Below the pieces are notes generated by a model. It was not told the origin of the DNA. It ran no database searches and saw nothing but the letters and a program-made list of their open reading frames with translations. Shown here one piece after another: positions 9,963 through 18,178 of a DNA stretch of 64,000 nucleotides. The stretch is from positions 64,001 through 128,000 of the IMG/VR virus record IMGVR_UViG_3300042907_001596, one strand, 5' to 3'. The DNA comes from a virus. How positions within the stretch are numbered: position 1 is the stretch's first letter; each line of letters begins with the position of its first letter. The position numbers and the translations under genes are program-made.

Positions 9963-12900
9963 GGCCCATCCTCCGCCAGCGCGACACCTTCGCGTATCGC
10001 ATTGCCGCGCCGGTCAACCAGAACGTCGTCACCCGACTGAATGACGAGTTCCACCAATGGTGGAAGGACAGCGGCTACACCTGGGATCCGTACGAGCGTG
10101 GTACGGCGAGTGAGGACTACGAGCGCGGCCCGATGGGGGACTGGCCGACCATTGAGGAGTTCCTTGAGGAACGCTATCCCGCCGCCCACCGTGGACTGAT
10201 GATGGGGCAAGAGATCGCCCGCCCCCTCCTCGACGGTGTCGGGCGGGACGAGGAAGCCTTGGGACGATGGGACTCTAATCCGCAGACTCAGCGCAACTTC
10301 AACATGCTCCAGGTGACCCACGGCGACAACGTCCCGCCGTACGAGACGGGGCCGGAAGCGCAAGCCCAGCACGGCTACGACCCCCGCGAGGTGGCGGCAG
10401 CTTTCCTGCTGCTGCACAACAAGACGCACCCGCTGCGCGGCTATCGGGCCGGGGAAGACCAAGCCCGCCTGGACGAGATCGCCCAGGCCCGCAACGCCGA
10501 GTTCGACAACGCCGACATCGACGTGCTGCACGACATCGCGCAAAAGCGGACGAAGATGCAACGCGCCGCCATGCCAGCCGAAGACGCCTACGACAACGCC
10601 TACAAGAGCCAGGGGCACGTTCCACGACCTGTTTCGGTTCAGGGGCCGTGGTATCACGGCACCAGGGAGGATCTGCCGGACGGCACCATCCTTGTTCCTA
10701 GCCCAGACAAAAGCCTGTGGAGGTACTTCGATCGGCCAGGAAAAGAAAACCGTGCCGACTGGGTCTGGATGGACACCGACGCCCACATCGCTAAACAGTT
10801 CAGTAAAGGCGGTCACGTCTATGAGGTAGAGCCGCTGGACGAAGGGCCGTGGGAGTGGAACGGCGGCATGTTACCCGCTGGTTACGCTTCGCCTCGCGCA
10901 CGGATCATCCGAAAAGTGCATACCTATGTGCCGCAGTTGCAGGCCGACGAAGATGGTCAGTTCGGGTGGAAGCGCATCGCCATGCCCGCCCCGGCCCCCA
11001 AGGGTCTGCGCTTTGAGTATGACCCCAACTTCATCCACCCTCACGCCGACTACCTAGGCCGAGTCCAGGCTTACGTCGATGACCATCCGGTCGGCCACCT
11101 GGAGTGGCTGAAAGAAGGCAACCCCCTCAGCATGGTCACCGACCGCAAGCCCGGTGAGGTCAGCTTCATCTACGTCCACCCTAATTACCGCCGCCAGTCC
11201 ATCGCCAGCGAGATGTTCGACTGGGCTAAGGAGAACGCCGCGCCGGATTTGCACCACTCGCAGCGCCGTACGGACTTGGGTGACAAATGGGTCGGCTACG
11301 AGCAGCAGCGTGTCGCCGCCGTAGCCGACGACACCATCGACCGCCTGCGCGGAGAGTTCCACGACTGGTGGAACACCGACGGAACTTCCCCGAAAAAGGG
11401 TCAACCCCTTTGGACTCCCGTCTCCTCCAGAGAAGCCATGGGCTACTGGGGAAATATGGAGCGGTTCCTGTCGGCCCGGTATCCGGCGGCGTCCCGCGAC
11501 AGCCTGTATATGGGCATGGAGCAGGTGGAGCCGCTGCTGCATCAGCGCGACGGCCAGTGGGGTGGTGTGCCCCGCAATGCTGACCCTTACGAGACGGGCC
11601 GGAAGGCTGTCGAAAAGCACGGCTACGACCCGGCGGAGATCGCCGCCGGGATGCTGTATCTCCACAATGATGGTCGTCCCGGCCGGGAGCAATTCCAGCA
11701 CGTCAACCGCAACCTCATCTTAAAGATCATCCGCAACCGGCGCAAAATGCAGAAGGAATACGACAGCAAGCCCCGCCAGCTTGAGCTTCCATTGGACGAC
11801 ACCCTCGACAAGGCTGCCGCCGTCTTAGACTTCGCCTCCCGGCTGGCTATGCCCGCCGAAGACGCCTACGACGGCAACTGGAAGAACCGCAAGACCAGCC
11901 CGCCGGTCGTCGGGCCGTTCTACCACTCATCCGATCACGACCTACCGGACGGCACCATCCTCCTCCCCAACCAGGGGGAGTCGAAGTTCACCGACGACTA
12001 CGAGCGGCGTCCCGGCTGGAAAGAGCGCACCAAGTGGGTGTGGATGGAGCTTGACCCCTCCGGCGGGTGGGGTGAGCACACCTACGAGGTAGAGCCGATG
12101 GATGAAGGGCCGTGGCCGTGGAATGGTGACGGTCGGGCTAACGGCTACACCTCTCCTCGCGCCCGCATCATCCGCAAGATGACGCCCGAAGATCAGCAAG
12201 AACTGATGGACGCTTTTGTCGACCGGATGCACGAAGAGAATCGTCAACGAAGTCAAAACAGACCACGGCAAGTTCGCCTCTACACCCGCACCGCCATGCC
12301 CGCCCCTCTACCGGAGGGCATCACCTTCCACTATCACCCCGACGACAGCACCATTCCGGCGGAACACTACGACGACTTTTATGCACCTGCGATTGAGGCC
12401 CGCCACCACGGCAACTACGTCGGGCACCTGAGTTGGACTGACGGCAGCCCCGAAGACGGTGGCAGGCCGGTGGGCGAAATCAACGGCATTATGGTCAAGC
12501 CCGAATATCGACGCCACAGTGTGGCGACGGCGATGTTCGATTACGTCCGGCAACAGCACGAGCCTGCGATCCACCATTCGGGATTCCTAAGCGCAGATGG
12601 CCGATCGTGGCGTGACTATGAAGAATCTCGCCATAAGACGGCGATGCCCGCCCCTCTGCCGGACGATGTCACCTTCAAGTACCACCACACCAACGACTCC
12701 ATCCCCGAGGGATACAACGGCGTCAACCAAGGCGGATCCCACACCTTCCTCGCCCCCGCCGTCGCCGCGTATAAAAACGACAAGCCGGTCGCGTACGTCG
12801 AATGGTGGCCGACCGACAAGTACCCCAACGCCGCCAAGCACTACCGCTTCATGGACAAAGGCAAGCCGGGGGAGGTGTACTACATCTACGTCCACCCCAA

Positions 12901-13891
12901 CCATCGCCGCAACTCCATCGCCAGCGAGATGTTCCGGTGGGCGAAAGACAACGTCGAACCGGATCTGCACCACTCCCCGAAGAAGAGCGAGCTAGGCACG
13001 AAGTGGGTGAGCTACGAGGAGTCCACGCCGGAGCTTGCCCGCGCCGCCGCCGTGATCCGCTACGCCCAGCAGGTGGTGGCGATGCCGCTCAATCACATCC
13101 CGCCGATGAACCACTTCGATGACCGGCTGTTCAAGAAGCAACTGGACAACCTGCACTACTACGGCGACGAGATCACCGGGAAGCCGGATCGTGCCAATCT
13201 CATTCGCAGCCAGGGCGGCAGCACCATCAACACCGCCGGGGAGCATGCAGTCTTCGTGTCGTTTATCCACCACGACGAGAACGGTGCCCCCACCGGGATC
13301 CTGCACTACTTCCCGACCGGCAGCCGGTCGGCTAAGGAAAAGCCCGGTGGGATTCAGGTGCTGGTGCATCCCGCCCACCAAGGCAAGGGTATCGGCTCCA
13401 AGCTCCTCGACGCCGCAATGGCGGAGTACGGCCCCGAAGCGGAAGGATTCGGTGACTACGTCCCCATCGACCTGGACAACCAGAATGTCACCCCCGGCGG
13501 CAACGCACTGATCCAGCGGTACCTCAAGCGCACCGCGATGCCCGCTGTCGACGCCTACGACAGCAACATCCCCCGCAAGAAGCGCATCAGCGATCCATAC
13601 ATCCCTAACGGGCCGTGGTATCACGGCACCGACCATGACCTTCCAGAGGGAACCGTTCTGACTCCCGGCGGTGGACACTCCAGGTACACCGACACCCTCT
13701 ACAAGCGGTGGCCGCACAAGAATCGGGCGAAATGGGTGTGGTTAGCCCCCAGTCCCGACCTCGCCAAGCGGTGGGGGGAGCACATCTACGAGGTGGAGCC
13801 GGAAGTCGAAGGCCCGTTCCCTTGGAATGGGGACGGCGATATGTTCACCGAGTTCGCCACCCCTCGTGCTCGCATTGTGCGCAAGCTCTGA
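9959..13891 (+). CDS. Polyprotein B (1310 aa): leader, repeat, ART, GNAT, repeat, ART, GNAT, GNAT, GNAT, ART
   Basis: ATGA overlap with polyprotein A. Module-start Met after x-x-A at 10571, 10982, 11849, 12296, 12644, 13082, 13538. Motifs GPWYHGT, GPFYHSS, YVHPNYRRQSIAS. Confidence 0.9.
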   Translation: MRPILRQRDTFAYRIAAPVNQNVVTRLNDEFHQWWKDSGYTWDPYERGTASEDYERGPMGDWPTIEEFLEERYPAAHRGLMMGQEIARPLLDGVGRDEEALGRWDSNPQTQRNFNMLQVTHGDNVPPYETGPEAQAQHGYDPREVAAAFLLLHNKTHPLRGYRAGEDQARLDEIAQARNAEFDNADIDVLHDIAQKRTKMQRAAMPAEDAYDNAYKSQGHVPRPVSVQGPWYHGTREDLPDGTILVPSPDKSLWRYFDRPGKENRADWVWMDTDAHIAKQFSKGGHVYEVEPLDEGPWEWNGGMLPAGYASPRARIIRKVHTYVPQLQADEDGQFGWKRIAMPAPAPKGLRFEYDPNFIHPHADYLGRVQAYVDDHPVGHLEWLKEGNPLSMVTDRKPGEVSFIYVHPNYRRQSIASEMFDWAKENAAPDLHHSQRRTDLGDKWVGYEQQRVAAVADDTIDRLRGEFHDWWNTDGTSPKKGQPLWTPVSSREAMGYWGNMERFLSARYPAASRDSLYMGMEQVEPLLHQRDGQWGGVPRNADPYETGRKAVEKHGYDPAEIAAGMLYLHNDGRPGREQFQHVNRNLILKIIRNRRKMQKEYDSKPRQLELPLDDTLDKAAAVLDFASRLAMPAEDAYDGNWKNRKTSPPVVGPFYHSSDHDLPDGTILLPNQGESKFTDDYERRPGWKERTKWVWMELDPSGGWGEHTYEVEPMDEGPWPWNGDGRANGYTSPRARIIRKMTPEDQQELMDAFVDRMHEENRQRSQNRPRQVRLYTRTAMPAPLPEGITFHYHPDDSTIPAEHYDDFYAPAIEARHHGNYVGHLSWTDGSPEDGGRPVGEINGIMVKPEYRRHSVATAMFDYVRQQHEPAIHHSGFLSADGRSWRDYEESRHKTAMPAPLPDDVTFKYHHTNDSIPEGYNGVNQGGSHTFLAPAVAAYKNDKPVAYVEWWPTDKYPNAAKHYRFMDKGKPGEVYYIYVHPNHRRNSIASEMFRWAKDNVEPDLHHSPKKSELGTKWVSYEESTPELARAAAVIRYAQQVVAMPLNHIPPMNHFDDRLFKKQLDNLHYYGDEITGKPDRANLIRSQGGSTINTAGEHAVFVSFIHHDENGAPTGILHYFPTGSRSAKEKPGGIQVLVHPAHQGKGIGSKLLDAAMAEYGPEAEGFGDYVPIDLDNQNVTPGGNALIQRYLKRTAMPAVDAYDSNIPRKKRISDPYIPNGPWYHGTDHDLPEGTVLTPGGGHSRYTDTLYKRWPHKNRAKWVWLAPSPDLAKRWGEHIYEVEPEVEGPFPWNGDGDMFTEFATPRARIVRKL

Positions 13892-13892
13892 C

Positions 13893-13918
13893 GGAATAGT
13901 CACTCCCTCCTCCGCGTT
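13893..13918 (+). promoter_or_regulatory. GGAAT-N18-GTT promoter (copy 5)
   Basis: Exact spacing. Confidence 0.8.
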
Positions 13919-13941
13919 GTACTAGATGGAGGAGGTGCCCC

Positions 13942-14385
13942 ATGACCCGGCGCAAAGCTGTCATCGTAGACGTAGACGGCACCCTCGCGGACGTGCGCGG
14001 GATCCGCCACCACGTCACCACCAAGCCCAAAGACTTCGACGCTTTCCACGCCGCCTCCGCTGATGTTCCCCCGAACCAGCAGGCGATCGACTTCGTGCAG
14101 CGCCACCACGACGCCGGACACGTCATCGTGGTCGTCACCGCCCGCCGCCAGCAGTGGTTGGGCGTGACGCAAGCGTGGCTCGACCAGCATGTGCCGGTGC
14201 CCTTCGACGGCCCCTTCCACCGGGCCGACGACGACTTCCGGCCCGACGTGCAGGTGAAGCGGGACATCCACCGCTACCTCGCCCGCCACTTCGACATCCG
14301 TGGTGCGATAGACGACAACCCCAACGTCATCGCGTTGTGGGACAGCATCGGCATCCCGGTGGAGGTCGTGCCGGGGTGGGAATAG
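13942..14385 (+). CDS. HAD-family phosphatase (polynucleotide 3'-phosphatase-like)
   Basis: DVDGTL motif I, VTAR motif II, K, IDDNP motif IV. Confidence 0.85.
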   Translation: MTRRKAVIVDVDGTLADVRGIRHHVTTKPKDFDAFHAASADVPPNQQAIDFVQRHHDAGHVIVVVTARRQQWLGVTQAWLDQHVPVPFDGPFHRADDDFRPDVQVKRDIHRYLARHFDIRGAIDDNPNVIALWDSIGIPVEVVPGWE

Positions 14386-14404
14386 CCCCCTGCGGTTTCG
14401 CGTT
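14379..14404 (+). promoter_or_regulatory. GGAAT-N18-GTT promoter (copy 6)
   Basis: Exact spacing; overlaps upstream stop. Confidence 0.8.
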
Positions 14405-14430
14405 GTAATAAGTGGAGGGAAAGGAGCGAA

Positions 14431-14583
14431 ATGGCCAAGATGCTGGCTCACGCCCAACACATCCGCCAGGGCTACGAAACCTGCGGGTGCGGGCGACCCC
14501 AATGCCGAAAAAAGCGCATAGACGATCGGCGCACTCAGCGCCGGGTGGAAAAAGCCGCGTGGCGGAAAGAGGTAGCGCAATGA
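14431..14583 (+). CDS. Small basic Cys-containing protein (50 aa)
   Basis: RBS aaggag; MAKMLAHAQ...CGCGRPQC; ATGA overlap; translated by hand. Confidence 0.65.
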   Translation: MAKMLAHAQHIRQGYETCGCGRPQCRKKRIDDRRTQRRVEKAAWRKEVAQ

Positions 14584-14993
14584 GAGACTTCATCCCCTTC
14601 AAGGGCCGCAAGCTCGTCCAGGGCGCACCCCACAAGGTGTACTGGAACCTGCACAAAGACGTGTGGTCGCTGGTGGCCCAGGACGGCCCCGACAAAGGCC
14701 GCGTGGTCGGCCACGTCCCCCAACTGGGGCTGCACGACGTGAAGTTCGTCGTGTCCCAAGCCGGACGGGCGCGGGTGATCCGCGAGGAGAAGAAGAACGT
14801 CCACGCCTTCGCCGTCGGCATCCCGGTCAGCCCCTGGCAGATCCATTCGCTGGCTGCTGGCCCGCTGCGGCAACTGAGCTACAACCCCTACAAGGCGGGC
14901 CACTTCGTGGTGCGCGACACCGGCGCGAAGATCGACGCCGCCGGACTGGTGGTGTTCAACGACGCCGGGAAAGCCTTCGCGGACGCGGAATAA
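14580..14993 (+). CDS. Conserved phage hypothetical protein
   Basis: VYWNLH...GRV..H...KNVHAF pattern recalled from many phages. Confidence 0.75.
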   Translation: MRDFIPFKGRKLVQGAPHKVYWNLHKDVWSLVAQDGPDKGRVVGHVPQLGLHDVKFVVSQAGRARVIREEKKNVHAFAVGIPVSPWQIHSLAAGPLRQLSYNPYKAGHFVVRDTGAKIDAAGLVVFNDAGKAFADAE

Positions 14994-15012
14994 TCCCGAC
15001 CACCCTGGCGTT
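14987..15012 (+). promoter_or_regulatory. GGAAT-N18-GTT promoter (copy 7), driving the ncRNA
   Basis: Exact spacing; overlaps upstream stop. Confidence 0.8.
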
Positions 15013-15052
15013 ACATCTAGTGGAGGGGCCAGGAAACTTCCCCCCGGTGATG

Positions 15053-15395
15053 TTTGAGAACTGAAGAGAGATTCCAGACCTGCGAGGTACCTTGCAAGTA
15101 ACTCAGAAGCGGCGCTGACGGTTAACGACCACGACTCTGATGCAGCAACATCAGCACCTGCCCAGGACAGACACCTTTGGTGGTGCGTCCCCTGGAGAGC
15201 GATCCCTGAACGAACGCCGAGCCTCTTGAGTGAGGGAGTCACCCGCGAGGGTGGCACGGAGAGCGAAATCTGCCGAGAGAGAAGCAGGAGAACGACGGAG
15301 GCACAAAGTAGTCGAGAGTAGCCGGGGCGTGGCCACAATCCGGTGAGGGTAGACCAAATGAGAACGTCGGCTGGAATCTCCCTTCAGTTCTTGAA
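15053..15395 (+). ncRNA. Putative large structured ncRNA of unknown class
   Basis: 15053-15077 pairs with 15371-15395 (25 bp, 1 mismatch, 2 G-U). Internal hairpins 15137-15154 and 15238-15255 (GCGA tetraloop). No credible ORF; own promoter. Confidence 0.7.
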
Positions 15396-15410
15396 CGGAG
15401 AGGAGTCCCG

Positions 15411-15503
15411 ATGACGCAGGCTGAGCTTCAACTCTTAGCCCTCATCGCCGCTACCGACGAGGTGCGGCAGAAGATCCTCGACGCCTTCCAGGCAGAGGAA
15501 TAG
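15411..15503 (+). CDS. Small protein (30 aa)
   Basis: RBS gaggag; MTQAELQLLALIAATDEVRQKILDAFQAEE. Confidence 0.55.
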   Translation: MTQAELQLLALIAATDEVRQKILDAFQAEE

Positions 15504-15522
15504 TCCCTGCCCGCTGGGCGTT
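15497..15522 (+). promoter_or_regulatory. GGAAT-N18-GTT promoter (copy 8)
   Basis: Exact spacing; overlaps upstream stop. Confidence 0.8.
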
Positions 15523-15564
15523 GTAATAATTGGAGGGGCGCACGCCCCCCAGGAAAGGAGTGCC

Positions 15565-15951
15565 ATGAGCGCACCCACCACGGTCGACTTCGCCGCGTTG
15601 CGCGAGCGTGCCCACGAAGCCGGGATGGCGGCTGGGCTGGCCGCACGGCCCGCCCCGATGGTCGTCGTCCAGCATGAGAACCCGTTCGATGAGACTAGCC
15701 CGATCGTCCGGCAGTACGCCCCCATCATGGACGGCGTCTGCGGCTTCGCGTGGGTCAACGTCAAAGGCAACACCGCCTTCGGCCGGTATCTGCGCAAACA
15801 GGGCTACACCACCGCTTACGGCGGCGGCTATAACATCCGGTGCCACGAGTTCGGCCAGAGCTACGAGCGCAAGTACGCCTACGCGGCTGCCTACGCCGGA
15901 GTGCTTAAAGAGGCCGGAATCGCCGCCTACCCCGAAGGAAGGTTGGACTGA
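15565..15951 (+). CDS. Conserved phage hypothetical protein
   Basis: CGFAWV...QSYERK.AYA.A.A.VL...GI...RLD pattern. Confidence 0.8.
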   Translation: MSAPTTVDFAALRERAHEAGMAAGLAARPAPMVVVQHENPFDETSPIVRQYAPIMDGVCGFAWVNVKGNTAFGRYLRKQGYTTAYGGGYNIRCHEFGQSYERKYAYAAAYAGVLKEAGIAAYPEGRLD

Positions 15952-15952
15952 C

Positions 15953-16150
15953 ATGCGCTATCGACGCGGCAACAGCAGAGAGCCGGACGACGACTCGTTG
16001 GCCAACGTGCAACGCCACGCTGTGGCGCGGGAACTATTCACCGCCTGGACGGGCGTCGATGACCCCGACACCGCCGGTGCGCTCTGGTACAACCTGAGCG
16101 ACAGCGACCGCAAGTACTGGCTCGACCTGGCGAACGAGCGCAAGGAATAG
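15953..16150 (+). CDS. Hypothetical protein
   Basis: ATG 15953; ends in promoter-overlapping stop. Confidence 0.65.
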   Translation: MRYRRGNSREPDDDSLANVQRHAVARELFTAWTGVDDPDTAGALWYNLSDSDRKYWLDLANERKE

Positions 16151-16169
16151 CCACGCCCTGCTGGGCGTT
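16144..16169 (+). promoter_or_regulatory. GGAAT-N18-GTT promoter (copy 9)
   Basis: Exact spacing; overlaps upstream stop. Confidence 0.8.
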
Positions 16170-16192
16170 GCAGTAACCGAAGGAGACATCGC

Positions 16193-16474
16193 ATGAAACT
16201 GATCAAAACCGAATATGCCAAGCTGACCCGCACCGCACTGGAACATCTGCTGTCAGCGGCCACCGTGCCGGGATCGCGCAATGCGGCCGAACACCTCAGC
16301 CGTGCGGAGTTCTACTTGGACGCCGCCGCAGAGGAAGCAAAGCTGGAAGGCGAACGCGACCTACTGGCCCGGTTGACCTACGCCTGCTGCGAACTGGTCG
16401 ACCGCAACAACGAAGCGCTGGCGCTGTTCTCCCGCTTGGAGACTGCCCTGGCCGAAGAGGAGGAAGCGGCATGA
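16193..16474 (+). CDS. Hypothetical protein
   Basis: RBS aaggagaca. Confidence 0.7.
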   Translation: MKLIKTEYAKLTRTALEHLLSAATVPGSRNAAEHLSRAEFYLDAAAEEAKLEGERDLLARLTYACCELVDRNNEALALFSRLETALAEEEEAA

Positions 16475-16806
16475 CACTCGACCCGCAGAGCATGTTGATC
16501 GACATCGAAGCCACCATTGAGGAGTTCGTCGCGGACGCCGAACCCGACGACACGGTGGCCGACTGCGCCAAAGCGGTCATCGCGATGCTCACGAAGTTCT
16601 ACGCCACCCCGAAGCGGCGTCGGCCCGACCACGGCGGCAGCCTCGCCCCCAGCAAGCTGGGCGACCTGCTGCTGTCGGCGGCGCACGTCCAGCGCCTCGC
16701 TGATCTAGGGGAAAAGGGCCGTGCCGACGGCAGCGTCGAAGACGCGCTGGGCATCGACGCCGACGACGCCAAAGCGATCCTCGCCCACCTTTTGCGGGAG
16801 GAATAA
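16471..16806 (+). CDS. Hypothetical protein
   Basis: ATGA overlap. Confidence 0.7.
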   Translation: MTLDPQSMLIDIEATIEEFVADAEPDDTVADCAKAVIAMLTKFYATPKRRRPDHGGSLAPSKLGDLLLSAAHVQRLADLGEKGRADGSVEDALGIDADDAKAILAHLLREE

Positions 16807-16825
16807 TCCCCCGCCCGCAGGCGTT
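16800..16825 (+). promoter_or_regulatory. GGAAT-N18-GTT promoter (copy 10)
   Basis: Exact spacing; overlaps upstream stop. Confidence 0.8.
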
Positions 16826-16872
16826 CTACTAAGTGGAGGGGCGAGTATCGCCCCCCAGGAAGGAGACACGTT

Positions 16873-17664
16873 ATGCGGGCACTGAAGTCCACAACCATCA
16901 GCTTCGGCCTGGTATCCGTGCCGGTCAAGCTCTACAAGTCGGTGGACTCCCACGACGTGGCGTTCAAGCAGCACCACGGCGGCTGCGGCGGCTCCATCAA
17001 GATGGAGCGGTACTGCGAAGGCTGCGAGGTCAAGCCGGTGCCGTTCGGTGATGTTGTCAAAGGCATCGACCACGACGGCACGCTGGTGCTGCTCGCGCCG
17101 GAGGAACTGAAGGATCTGGAAGGCGAAACCCCGTCGGCCATTGAGGTCATCCAGTTCGTGGAGGCCGACGAGATCGACCCGCTCACCTACGAAGCGGGCT
17201 ACTTCGCCGCGCCGGACAAGACCAGCGTGAAGGGCTACAAGCTGCTCCACAAGGTGCTGACCGAAACGGGTCGGGTCGGAGTGGTGCGGTTCTCGCTCCG
17301 CGCCGGACGCCTGAGCCTGGGTGTCCTGCGGGCCTCCGGTGACCTGCTCATCGTCCACACGGTGGCCTGGCCGGACGAAGTCCGCACGCCGGAGTTCCCG
17401 ATCCTCGACAAAGAGGTCGAACTGGAGCCTGCTGTCCTCGACGCCGCCCGCATCCTGGTGGAGTCGATGACCGGCAGCTTCAAGCCGGAGGACTTCGTGG
17501 ACACCTACACCGGGCGGGTCAAGGAGTTCATCGCGGCCCGCGCCGACGGCGGAGAGTTCATCCCTGCCCCGGCCGAAACCGCTGAGGACATCTCCGACCT
17601 GCTGGCGGCGCTGGAAGCCTCCGTCATCAAGCGGAAGAAGAAGGCCGCAAAGAAGGCGGCGTAA
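16873..17664 (+). CDS. ku: Ku DNA end-binding protein
   Basis: ISFGLVSVPVKLY, IEVIQFV...EIDP, WPDEVR, F.PEDFVDTY, DLLAALEASV. Confidence 0.93.
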   Translation: MRALKSTTISFGLVSVPVKLYKSVDSHDVAFKQHHGGCGGSIKMERYCEGCEVKPVPFGDVVKGIDHDGTLVLLAPEELKDLEGETPSAIEVIQFVEADEIDPLTYEAGYFAAPDKTSVKGYKLLHKVLTETGRVGVVRFSLRAGRLSLGVLRASGDLLIVHTVAWPDEVRTPEFPILDKEVELEPAVLDAARILVESMTGSFKPEDFVDTYTGRVKEFIAARADGGEFIPAPAETAEDISDLLAALEASVIKRKKKAAKKAA

Positions 17665-17670
17665 CGGGAC

Positions 17671-17688
17671 GGGGCGGGCAACCGCCCC
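17671..17688 (+). terminator. Hairpin after ku (possible terminator or processing site)
   Basis: GGGGCGG-GCAA-CCGCCCC; no U-tract. Confidence 0.45.
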
Positions 17689-17705
17689 TCCTAGAAGGAG
17701 GAAAA

Positions 17706-17798
17706 ATGAACTGCCCAGCCTGCACAGACCCCAATCACACCCGGTACTCCGACGATGTCGGATGCCTCGACTGCGCCGACGCCGATTACAAAGCGTAG
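17706..17798 (+). CDS. Small Zn-binding peptide (30 aa)
   Basis: RBS aggagg; CPAC...CLDC. Confidence 0.55.
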   Translation: MNCPACTDPNHTRYSDDVGCLDCADADYKA

Positions 17799-17823
17799 GA
17801 ATAATCCTGCGCCGCACGGCGTT
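17798..17823 (+). promoter_or_regulatory. GGAAT-N18-GTT promoter (copy 11)
   Basis: Exact spacing. Confidence 0.8.
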
Positions 17824-17847
17824 GCACAAGATGGAGAGGAGACAACC

Positions 17848-18168
17848 ATGATGATCATCGGCGGAGTCCACGTTCCCTTCGTGGTGTCGATCAGCCTCGA
17901 CGCCGACGGCGGGGAGGTATCCCACCGCGAAGAGTTCGACACCTTCGGTGCCGCCCGCGAGGCGCTGGAGGACTTCATCATCGACCACGACGACGATGTT
18001 CACGACTACCGCATCGACCTGGAGCGCATCGGCCTGCGGGGCGGAGATCTCGTCCGCTTCGACATCGAACTGCGCGAAGCACCCGGCCGCGAACCCCGCG
18101 AAGTCAGTGTGCCGCGAGTCTGCGGCGCATGGTCAATCAGTTGGGCGCAACCCGCCCTCACCCGATAG
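17848..18168 (+). CDS. Hypothetical protein
   Basis: RBS aggagaca. Confidence 0.65.
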   Translation: MMIIGGVHVPFVVSISLDADGGEVSHREEFDTFGAAREALEDFIIDHDDDVHDYRIDLERIGLRGGDLVRFDIELREAPGREPREVSVPRVCGAWSISWAQPALTR

Positions 18169-18178
18169 GAGACACATC

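Noticed and set aside
10571-13540. Met after R-x-A as independent internal translation starts
   Set aside because: No Shine-Dalgarno sequences precede them. Conservation is at the amino-acid level with varied codons, and several junctions lack Met. Not fully excluded.
10571-13891. Arr modules as rifampicin-resistance genes
   Set aside because: Only the fold motifs match; substrate-loop residues differ, and the context is a phage polyprotein.
15053-15395. tRNA, tmRNA, RNase P or group I intron
   Set aside because: No T-loop, acceptor stem or CCA end, no recognisable RNase P core, and it does not interrupt a gene. Only a weak S-like AAAGTAGTC is present.
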